Origin: a candidate division CSSED10-310 bacterium | GTDB lineage: Bacteria > CSSED10-310 > JAFGJC01 | Length of the DNA stretch: 64,000 nucleotides | Direction: 5' to 3' | NCBI GenBank assembly: GCA_016927905.1 | Contig: JAFGLW010000026.1 | Location: forward strand, 43,586-107,585 | In this document: positions 56,456-64,000 of the stretch, in pieces | How positions within the stretch are numbered: position 1 is the stretch's first letter | Layout: every line of letters starts with the position of its first letter | Translations under genes and position numbers: made by a program | Notes under the pieces: model-generated | The model's database searches: none | Told to the model about the DNA's origin: nothing | Seen by the model: only the letters and a program-made list of their open reading frames with translations

Positions 56456-57418
56456 TCAAACCCGGGCCTGGATGAAAATCAGCTTCGGTTTGAGGGCCGG
56501 ATAGCGCCGGGTATTCAGGATGGTGAACCCGTGTTTTCGAAGCCGGGTGATCAAATCCTCCGCTCCATGATGAAGCTCGAGATGGTTTCGAAGCATGTGC
56601 AGGATGAGTTGACCGACGGATTCCCCCGCATGCAGGTCGGTTCCGGCAACCGGTTCGATCAGCCACAGGGATGCGCCGGGTTTCAGAACGGCTGCGAGCT
56701 GTTGAATGACCCGGTCGATTCCCTCGATGTGCGCCAGTCCGTTGATGGAGATTACCGCATCGAAATGAGCGGGAGGAAAGGGCATTTGCCGGGCGTCGGC
56801 ACCAACGGGCAGTACCCGCTGAAGTATGCCGGCCCGCCGGCACCGGCCTTCAAGGATCTTGATTTTTTCCAGATCGATATCCAGACAGGCGGTCAGGGTT
56901 CCCCGGGGACGCCATTGGGCCAGCCGCACCAGGTGTCTTCCGGTTCCGGAACCGATGTCCAGGATCCTGCGGGGAGCGTGTTCCACTGCATGAGCGAGCA
57001 GTTTGTCGACGTTTTCCGTCCTGTCATCCAAGTCGGTTTCGGAAGGCGCGATGAAGCGGTGAAAGTAATAATCAGATCCACAGAACACGGCCCGCTTGAA
57101 CCGGAATTCAGAGCGTCCGGATGTGATGGTTTCCAAAGGCATCGACAGGATTTTCTCTACGAGCGGTTCCCATCCGCCGGTCTGTCCCAGTTCCGCCCAT
57201 CGTTCACCGAAAATCCGCTGAAACGGAGGGTTCCAGACCGGGTCGAAACCCGCTGGTACCAGAACGGGAATACGGGCTTTGACCGAGCCGCGGTACCCGC
57301 ATGACCGGCAGATGAAATCACCGGAGGATATAACGCCATTGCGGGTTCGGCCGTGAATCAGTTTCAGTGCGCCCGAACAGTTCGGACAGCGGAGATGAAT
57401 CAAATGATCCCGGATCAT
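56456..57418 (-). CDS. class I SAM-dependent methyltransferase with N-terminal Trm112-like zinc-ribbon
   Basis: CPNCSGAL..CRSCGY zinc ribbon. ILDIGSGTGRHL motif I. Confidence 0.8.
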   Translation of the reverse strand: MIRDHLIHLRCPNCSGALKLIHGRTRNGVISSGDFICRSCGYRGSVKARIPVLVPAGFDPVWNPPFQRIFGERWAELGQTGGWEPLVEKILSMPLETITSGRSEFRFKRAVFCGSDYYFHRFIAPSETDLDDRTENVDKLLAHAVEHAPRRILDIGSGTGRHLVRLAQWRPRGTLTACLDIDLEKIKILEGRCRRAGILQRVLPVGADARQMPFPPAHFDAVISINGLAHIEGIDRVIQQLAAVLKPGASLWLIEPVAGTDLHAGESVGQLILHMLRNHLELHHGAEDLITRLRKHGFTILNTRRYPALKPKLIFIQARV

Positions 57419-57461
57419 GAACCAAGGATATCAGGGAGACCGGAAGAAAAGAATATGAAAA

Positions 57462-58832
57462 ATGACCGGCAACGATTACTATATGGATTGTGGAGGGAAT
57501 CAAACAATTGTGAATCGATCCGGTACCGGCAGGGATGATCTACTGCTCGAAATCCGCCGAAACGGAGTGGCGGGTGCCGGGGGAGGGGGTTTCCCGACTC
57601 ATGTCAAACTAAACTGCCGGGTGGACACGGTGATTGCGAACGGCGCGGAATGTGAACCGCTTCTCTGGAAAGATAAAACTTTGATGGCCCAGCATCCGGA
57701 CATCATTATCCGGGGATTGATGATCGCAATGGAAATCACAGGATCCGGTACCGGCATAATCGGGCTCAAGAAAAAGGCGACTCAGGCGGTGGATGCCCTG
57801 TCCGGTCATATCCAAAAGCCCATCCGGCTGCACCTTCTGGATGACACCTATCCGTCGGGGGATGAATTTGTCCTGACTTATGAAACGACAGGCCGGGTAC
57901 CGCCTCCCGGAGGTCTTCCGCTTGATGTCGGCGTGGTCATGCTCAACGTGGAAACTCTTTTCTGGATTGGATCGTCCCGTCCGGTCACTCACAAATGGGT
58001 CACAGTCGCCGGTGCGGTACCGGCTCCCAAGACCCTGGTCGTTCCGATCGGTTATCCCGTCCGGGCCGCACTGGCGGCGTGCGGATGGGAACCGGATCAG
58101 GGAACGAGAGTACTTGAAGGCGGTGTCATGATGGGGCGTCTGCTGCCCGATCTGGACGGTCCGATAACAAAAATTACGAACGGGCTGATCGTATTGCCTC
58201 GGGATCATCATTTGATACAACGGTACGAAAGACCCCGGCGTACGGTCAGCAGAATCGCCCGGTCCGCCTGCGATCAGTGCAATTTCTGCACGCAGCTATG
58301 CCCCCGATATCTTCTGGGACATCCGGTGGAACCGCATCTGGCCATGCGGCACATCGCCATGGCACCGGAGAACTCCCTGCCACCAACGGGGAGCCTGTAT
58401 TGCTGCGGCTGTATGCTGTGCTCGTTATGGTCCTGTCCGGAAGATCTCGATCCCGGTGCGATCACATTCGATTATCGGCGGATTCTCAGCGAAAACAAAA
58501 CCAGTACCCGTCTCAAGGCCCGGGAACCGCATCTGCTGTACCGGTACCGGCGACCCACTCTTTCCGGATTGAAACGTCGGCTGGGGTTGGCCTGTTATGC
58601 GGATGCGGCGTTTCCTGTGGAACATTTGACGCATGAAACCGTGAGTATCCCCCTGAAGCAGCATGCAGGAATACCGGCAGAACCGGTTGTCAGTCCGGGC
58701 GACCGGGTTAAGATGGGGGCCATCATCGGAGATATCCCCGATGGCGGCATGGGTGCGTCCGTCCATGCGTCCATTGACGGAGTGGTTCAGGCGGTTTCCA
58801 GTCGGATAACAATTCAAGGAGATAACCGGTGA
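57462..58832 (+). CDS. pduS: PduS-like RnfC-family flavin/Fe-S oxidoreductase (cob(II)alamin reductase-type), BMC-associated
   Basis: GAGGGGFPTHVKL (RnfC/NuoF-type SLBB/FMN region) and two 4Fe-4S motifs (CDQCNFCTQLCP; CCGCMLCSLWSCP). 456 aa versus 451 aa for Salmonella PduS. Immediately followed by a pduT homolog. Confidence 0.75.
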   Translation: MTGNDYYMDCGGNQTIVNRSGTGRDDLLLEIRRNGVAGAGGGGFPTHVKLNCRVDTVIANGAECEPLLWKDKTLMAQHPDIIIRGLMIAMEITGSGTGIIGLKKKATQAVDALSGHIQKPIRLHLLDDTYPSGDEFVLTYETTGRVPPPGGLPLDVGVVMLNVETLFWIGSSRPVTHKWVTVAGAVPAPKTLVVPIGYPVRAALAACGWEPDQGTRVLEGGVMMGRLLPDLDGPITKITNGLIVLPRDHHLIQRYERPRRTVSRIARSACDQCNFCTQLCPRYLLGHPVEPHLAMRHIAMAPENSLPPTGSLYCCGCMLCSLWSCPEDLDPGAITFDYRRILSENKTSTRLKAREPHLLYRYRRPTLSGLKRRLGLACYADAAFPVEHLTHETVSIPLKQHAGIPAEPVVSPGDRVKMGAIIGDIPDGGMGASVHASIDGVVQAVSSRITIQGDNR

Positions 58833-59383
58833 TCGTCACGATGGGTTTGCTCGAGTTTTCTTCCATCGCTTCCGGGCATGTTGCGGAAGATGCGATGCTC
58901 AAGGCGGGAACCGTTGATCTGGTTCTGGCCCGTACAATTTGCTCCGGGAAATATCTGGTGATCGTGTCCGGTGATGTGGATGCCGTCAGAGCCGCATTGT
59001 ATTCCGGGAAGGAAAACGCACAGGGAACGGTGGTTGACGAACTGCTTCTGCCCTATGTTCATCCGGCCGTGTTGCCCGCGCTGGCCTGTGTGACCGAACT
59101 GACTCCGGAAGATCGGGATGCGATGGGAATTGTGGAGACTTATTCGGCGGTTTCGGCGGTCAGGGGTGCTGATGCTGCGTGCAAGGCTGCCGATATCATA
59201 CTGTTCAGGCTGCACCTGGCAATGGCTGTCGGCGGTAAAGGATATTTCTGTTTTACGGGAGATATCGCATCGGTGCAAGCGGCGATTGATGCGGCTGTTG
59301 ATTTGGTCGGCGGGGAAGGTCTTCTGGCGGGCGCCGTCACGATTCCCCGCCCGAGGGAAGAACTGTTCCGGGAGCTTTTCTGA
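58829..59383 (+). CDS. pduT: tandem-BMC-domain shell protein, PduT homolog (BMC-T with conserved Fe-S ligand Cys)
   Basis: 184 aa (same as Salmonella PduT). Two BMC repeats (..GLLEFSSIASGHVAEDAMLKAGTVDLV..; ..MGIVETYSAVSAVRGADAACKAADIIL..). ..ARTICSGKYLV.. aligns to the PduT Cys38 loop. ..IPRPREELF C-terminus. Start overlaps the pduS stop. Confidence 0.8.
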   Translation: MIVTMGLLEFSSIASGHVAEDAMLKAGTVDLVLARTICSGKYLVIVSGDVDAVRAALYSGKENAQGTVVDELLLPYVHPAVLPALACVTELTPEDRDAMGIVETYSAVSAVRGADAACKAADIILFRLHLAMAVGGKGYFCFTGDIASVQAAIDAAVDLVGGEGLLAGAVTIPRPREELFRELF

Positions 59384-59389
59384 TCCGGA

Positions 59390-60391
59390 TCAATCCGCAT
59401 GCGGTGAGAACGGAAACGCAATCACTTCCCGAACGCTCGAGGCATCCGCAAGCACCATGATCAGTCGATCGATTCCCAAAGCGATGCCGGCACAGGGCGG
59501 GAGGCCTTTTTGCAGGGCATTCAGGAATGCTTCGTCGAGTGGAAACGGCTCCCTTCCTGCGATCATTCTCTCGCGTCGGGCATCCTCAAACCGCCGTCGC
59601 TGTTCCTCGGGATCGCGCAATTCATCGAATGCATTTGCCAGCTCGATCCCGGCGATGTACGCCTCGAACCGGAGGGCCACCCGGGGATCGTCCGGTTTCA
59701 ATCGGGCGAGGGCGGACATGGAGGCGGGATATTCATACAAAATTACCGGCCGGTCCAGTCCCAGCCTGGGTTCGATTCGATCCAGAAATATCTTGAAATA
59801 CAGCACATCCCAGGGATCATTCCGGTTCAGGTTAAGCACCCGGATCGATCGGCCGGCTTCGTACAGGCCACTGGTCGTGGTTGTTTCGAGGATATCGATG
59901 CCGGTGCAGCGAAGCCAGGCTTCCTGAACCGTCAATCGCTCCCACGGACCAGCCAGCTCGATCGATCGGTTCCCGTATTTCAGTGAACTGGTTCCGTTGC
60001 AGTCGATTCCGGTTTCGGACAAGAGAAGTTCGATATCATTCATGATCTGCTCGTATCCTGAGTAAGCGCGGTACCATTCCAGAATCGTGAACTCCGGGTT
60101 GTGCAGTTTTCCGGTTTCGCCGTTCCGGAATGCACGAGCGATCTGGTAAATATTTTCCAAACCCTCCGCCAGCAGCCGTTTCATGTGGAATTCGGGTGAT
60201 GTGGGCAGATAGAGGTCGAAATCGGGTTGATCTCCCGCCGGGTTGAAAACGGTTTTGAAGGCCTCCAGATGCGGCTCCATCCCGGGGGATGCCACCAGAT
60301 ACGGAGTTTCCACTTCGATGAATCCCCGGCTATCGAAGTAACGGCGTATTGACCGCATTATCTGAGCGCGTGTTCGCAGTATTTCCCGCAA
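59390..60391 (-). CDS. epmA: elongation factor P--(R)-beta-lysine ligase (EpmA/PoxA/GenX, truncated LysRS paralog)
   Basis: ..LRTRAQIMRSIRRYFDSRGFIEVETP.. class II aaRS core without anticodon-binding domain. 333 aa. Confidence 0.85.
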   Translation of the reverse strand: MREILRTRAQIMRSIRRYFDSRGFIEVETPYLVASPGMEPHLEAFKTVFNPAGDQPDFDLYLPTSPEFHMKRLLAEGLENIYQIARAFRNGETGKLHNPEFTILEWYRAYSGYEQIMNDIELLLSETGIDCNGTSSLKYGNRSIELAGPWERLTVQEAWLRCTGIDILETTTTSGLYEAGRSIRVLNLNRNDPWDVLYFKIFLDRIEPRLGLDRPVILYEYPASMSALARLKPDDPRVALRFEAYIAGIELANAFDELRDPEEQRRRFEDARRERMIAGREPFPLDEAFLNALQKGLPPCAGIALGIDRLIMVLADASSVREVIAFPFSPHAD

Positions 60392-60526
60392 TCATTCCTC
60401 CTTCACCTGCGCCGGAAGCATTTGCACTGCCGGGTGTTTCTCCGGTATAAATTTACCATACGCTTTTTCAAAGCGAAAAGCGTTTGAAAATGATCGGGAG
60501 CCGGTTCCGGTCCGCCGGACTGGAAT

Positions 60527-62545
60527 TTGCCGTTCAGGATCCCGGGAGGATGGCTGAAGATGATTGAAAAACTGTGGCGTATTCTGCTGATCGGATCATT
60601 TTTCGTCGCGGGAGCACTGGCGGACGAATATTATCAATGTCCGTATTCCGGCCCGACGGACGATGTCGAGCTGGCATATTCCGCGGAACATTATGCCCTG
60701 TCTCTCGAATTGACGTTCCCTGCGGAATCCCAGGAGGGGGCTCTGTTCGGGAGTGTGACGATTGACGGGATCAGTCTTTCTGACGATCTCGACCGGATCG
60801 CTCTCGATTTTCTGGATGTTGAAACGGTTGAGATTTTCACGATTCACCTGGACGGATCCACCGCCGATCACCAATTCGAAAACCATGAAATCGCAATAAC
60901 GGTACCGGTCCCCAAAATGCAGGGGGAGCTGTTTCAAGTGATTGTGGAGTACCGTATTGAGGGTTTGAAGCATTTCCAGTTCCGGCCCCGTGGGGAGGAA
61001 CGGTATGCGTTCAACTCCATGGTGGCCAATTCGCGATGGTTTCCCTGTCTTCATGATCCGCGTGACAAGGCAACATACGAGTTCACGATCACGGTTCCGA
61101 GCGGGAAAACGGCGGTTGCCAACGGTTTGCTCCAGTCCATAATCGATAACGGCGATCGTACCGAGACATACCGATGGGTGGAAAGCGATCCCATGGCCAC
61201 ATACCTCGCAACGATCAATGTGGCGGATTACGAAGTTTATCGGCATGACTACAACGGCATGCCGGTCGTTTATTACATCGTTGGGGAAAAAATGGCGGCC
61301 GCCCAGTATGATTTCGCACACGATCATGACATCCTGGATTTCTTTACGTCGGCATTCGGCCCCTATCCGTTCGACAAGCTGGGGCTGGCGGATGTGCCGC
61401 TGGGTGGAGCCATGGAAAACCAGGACATGATCAGTTTCGGGACGAATCTCATCACCGGGGACCGCACATACGAAGATACGTTTGCGCACGAGATATCCCA
61501 TATGTGGTGGGGTGATTCCGTCACGCTGACCGGCTGCTTCGATGTCTGGCTGAACGAAGGATTTGCGAGTTACTGTGAGGCGTTGTGGGAAGAGCACTTT
61601 TACGGCCAGGAAGCATACGATGCGGTGATGGCGGCGCATCGGGATAAATATTTCAGTGAAGATGAAACACACCGGTATTCCATTTACGATCCGGAGGTCG
61701 TTTGGAGTGCAACGACGTATAAGAAAGCAGCCTGGGTGCTCCACATGCTGCGGTGGGTATTGGGAGAAAGCGATTTCTGGGCGTTGCTGCCGGATTATTA
61801 CGACCGGTTCAAATACGGGCATGCCACAACCGATGATTTTCAGGCGGTTTGTGAAGATCATTATGGATCATCCCTGGAATGGTTCTTCCAGGAATGGATC
61901 TACGATCAGGGATATCCGGAGTTTGAACTGGCCTACCGGATCGTCAAAGATGGGGAATATTTGCAGATGCATGTAAAACAAGTGCAACAGGATGCTCCGG
62001 CAGTTTTTGTCATGCCGGTTGAAATCGAATGGACCGGAACGGGTGGCCAGACATGTTCCGAGATTGTGTGGATTGATGAATCAGAGGAATTGTTCCGGTT
62101 CGAGATTGTCGAAGATCTGAATACGGTTGCATTTGATCCCCGTGAAAAAATATTGAAAAAGGTTGAATGGACTGCCTGGACGGCTGAAACCGGAGTCAAA
62201 CTGTGGATGCCGGGAACCATGTTTCATGCCGGCGAGCCATGTGCGTGCAGCGCAACCGTGCTGAATGCCGAAATCGAAACGCTGGAGAATTATCCGCTGT
62301 TCGTCATTCTGGATGTATTCGGGCAATATTATTTCGCTCCTTCATTCAGCGATTTCGACAACTTCCTTTCCTGCCATCCCACCTTTCCCATCGGGTACAC
62401 CGCGGTTTCGGTGCTTCCGGAGTTTGCCTGGCCGGCAGGGGCCGGAACGGTTGCCGGGGTGCGCTGGTATGCCGGCCTGACCAACCCCGGAATGACGGCG
62501 CTTTGCGGTACGATGGATATCTGGGAGTTTGGATGGGACAGTTGA
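60527..62545 (+). CDS. secreted M1-family aminopeptidase (GAMEN + HEISH..E) carrying the shared ~115-aa C-terminal domain
   Basis: Signal peptide. GGAMENQ exopeptidase motif. HEISHMWWGD-(x18)-WLNEGFASY zinc site. C-terminus homologous to 16897-17253 and 24816-25165. Confidence 0.8.
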   Translation: MPFRIPGGWLKMIEKLWRILLIGSFFVAGALADEYYQCPYSGPTDDVELAYSAEHYALSLELTFPAESQEGALFGSVTIDGISLSDDLDRIALDFLDVETVEIFTIHLDGSTADHQFENHEIAITVPVPKMQGELFQVIVEYRIEGLKHFQFRPRGEERYAFNSMVANSRWFPCLHDPRDKATYEFTITVPSGKTAVANGLLQSIIDNGDRTETYRWVESDPMATYLATINVADYEVYRHDYNGMPVVYYIVGEKMAAAQYDFAHDHDILDFFTSAFGPYPFDKLGLADVPLGGAMENQDMISFGTNLITGDRTYEDTFAHEISHMWWGDSVTLTGCFDVWLNEGFASYCEALWEEHFYGQEAYDAVMAAHRDKYFSEDETHRYSIYDPEVVWSATTYKKAAWVLHMLRWVLGESDFWALLPDYYDRFKYGHATTDDFQAVCEDHYGSSLEWFFQEWIYDQGYPEFELAYRIVKDGEYLQMHVKQVQQDAPAVFVMPVEIEWTGTGGQTCSEIVWIDESEELFRFEIVEDLNTVAFDPREKILKKVEWTAWTAETGVKLWMPGTMFHAGEPCACSATVLNAEIETLENYPLFVILDVFGQYYFAPSFSDFDNFLSCHPTFPIGYTAVSVLPEFAWPAGAGTVAGVRWYAGLTNPGMTALCGTMDIWEFGWDS

Positions 62546-62574
62546 TGGATTAACCGGATGAGAGGTGAAAGCAT

Positions 62575-63294
62575 ATGTCTGACAGGAAGTTGAACGTACT
62601 GATTGTTGACGACGACGAAACGATTGTCTGGACGCTGTCAAACGCACTTCGCAGGCAGAACCCGAATCTCCAGACATATATGGCGATGAACGGCCGGGAA
62701 GCGCTCGGGTATATCCGGCAGTTGAAATATCTCGACATGCTGATAACCGATATCCACATGCCGGATCTCTCCGGAATCGACCTGCTGGTCCGGCTGCAGG
62801 ATCTCGCGGTCAAACCGGAAATAATCGTCATCACCGGATATGGTTCCTCGGAGGTGCATTCCCAGGTGGAGGAACTGGGAGCGGTGCGGTATTGGACCAA
62901 GCCGTTCGACATCAATGAACTGGCCCGGGATGCGATCGAGATTCTGAATCTCAGCCAGAATCGAAGGAAACACCCGGGATTCAAGGGGAGCTTCACGCAT
63001 ATGCGAATGGTCGATCTCGTCCAGATCAACTGCCTGATTCAGAGTTCCGGGTTACTCAAAGTGAAATCAGGCAGCCGGTCGGGGAAGGTATATTTTTGGA
63101 ACGGCGATATCGTTCATGCGGAGACAGCGATCGGTGAGGGCGAAGAGGCGCTGTATGAAATCATCGACTGGGGCAGCGGTGAATTCGAGCTGGTGGATCA
63201 GGTGGCACCGGAGAAACAAACGATACACAAGTCGTGGGAGTTTCTCCTGATTGAACACAGCCGGCGCAAGGATCAGCGAGATTACAAAAAATAA
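62575..63294 (+). CDS. response regulator: receiver domain fused to a DUF4388 domain
   Basis: VLIVDDDETI.. ..DMLITDIHMPDLSGIDLL.. receiver domain, then ..MVDLVQINCLIQSSGLLKVKSGSRSGKVYFWNGDIVHAE..GEEALYEIIDW (DUF4388-like). Confidence 0.8.
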   Translation: MSDRKLNVLIVDDDETIVWTLSNALRRQNPNLQTYMAMNGREALGYIRQLKYLDMLITDIHMPDLSGIDLLVRLQDLAVKPEIIVITGYGSSEVHSQVEELGAVRYWTKPFDINELARDAIEILNLSQNRRKHPGFKGSFTHMRMVDLVQINCLIQSSGLLKVKSGSRSGKVYFWNGDIVHAETAIGEGEEALYEIIDWGSGEFELVDQVAPEKQTIHKSWEFLLIEHSRRKDQRDYKK

Positions 63295-63301
63295 CCGCCG
63301 G

Positions 63302-63967
63302 TTAATTCCGCTCCGGCAACAGGTTCAGCACATCGAAAAGACTGTCCACAACCAGATCGGCATCCTCGAAAACCGTATCCGGATACAGAGCCGATCTCAC
63401 GATGACAACCGCAATACCGGCTGCATGACCCGAGGCGAGACCCTTCAGGGTGTCTTCAATGACCACACAGCGGTCGGCGGGCAATCCCAGCTGTTCGAGC
63501 GCTTTGAGGAAAATATCAGGATACGGTTTTCCTTTCATCCCGGCGTCGATATCGGGGATCGGGATTGCGAGATCGGACAAACCGTTCAGATCAAGGATGT
63601 TTCGGATCACCTGGCGGGATGAATTGGATGCAATGGTGAGCCGGTATCCCCGCTCAGGCAGGATTTCGAGCAATTCCCGGGCTCCCGGGAGAAGTGGAAT
63701 CCGTTCCGTCCGGCTGATCCGTTCAAAAATTTCCAGACCCTTGCGCCTGGCCTGATCGGCGTCTATGTTCTTCAAAGCATACCGGTCGATTTCACCCCGG
63801 CAGCCTTCCCCTTTCAATGACCAGTGAATGTAATATTCGCGTTCGTCGATCCGGTGACCGAATCGCATGAACACTTCTGAGAATGCTCGGAAGTAATAGG
63901 GTTCGGAATGAACGAGGGTTCCATCGAAATCCAGGAGAATCCCTTGAATCCGGTCTGGATCGATCAC
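63302..63967 (-). CDS. HAD-superfamily hydrolase, subfamily IA (beta-phosphoglucomutase-like)
   Basis: GILLDFDGTLVHSEP (motif I DxD) and ..VVIEDTLKGLASGHAAG (motif IV). Confidence 0.85.
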   Translation of the reverse strand: MIDPDRIQGILLDFDGTLVHSEPYYFRAFSEVFMRFGHRIDEREYYIHWSLKGEGCRGEIDRYALKNIDADQARRKGLEIFERISRTERIPLLPGARELLEILPERGYRLTIASNSSRQVIRNILDLNGLSDLAIPIPDIDAGMKGKPYPDIFLKALEQLGLPADRCVVIEDTLKGLASGHAAGIAVVIVRSALYPDTVFEDADLVVDSLFDVLNLLPERN

Positions 63968-64000
63968 AGGCGATTAACCTGAAAACCGGATGATGAAATA

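Overview
This is a high-GC (~60%) bacterial chromosomal segment with about 55 densely packed genes. Many overlap by TGATG/ATGA junctions, which indicates translational coupling. The content is mostly cell-envelope biology plus housekeeping genes (pcnB, proS, epmA, plsC, an aminotransferase, dac-type carboxypeptidase). I found no rRNA, tRNA or CRISPR array. Most of the long antisense ORFs in the six-frame track are GC-driven shadow ORFs.

The recognisable blocks, in order:
- a translationally coupled 5-gene membrane operon of unknown function, followed by a GT-C (PMT/ArnT-like) glycosyltransferase;
- a glycan/lipid modification operon: methyltransferase, GT4, hexapeptide acyltransferase, flippase-like protein, epimerase;
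- three large secreted peptidases (a gluzincin, a gingipain-like C25, an M1 aminopeptidase) that all end in the same ~115-aa C-terminal domain; two of them carry Pro/Thr-rich linkers;
- a decayed mobile-element island: truncated ATPase, toxin-antitoxin-like pair, IS630 transposase remnant;
- a B12-radical-SAM / UPF0316 / PlsC lipid cluster and a sigma-54 activator;
- an unusual operon pairing a cofactor-less molybdopterin-oxidoreductase-like protein with NuoL/NuoM-like antiporter modules and a MOP-type aldehyde oxidoreductase, followed by a GGDEF protein;
- an orphan pduS-pduT (bacterial microcompartment) gene pair.

The strongest novelty candidates are the shared C-terminal domain on the three peptidases (a putative sorting or anchoring signal) and the Mo-like/Nuo-like/MOP membrane operon.
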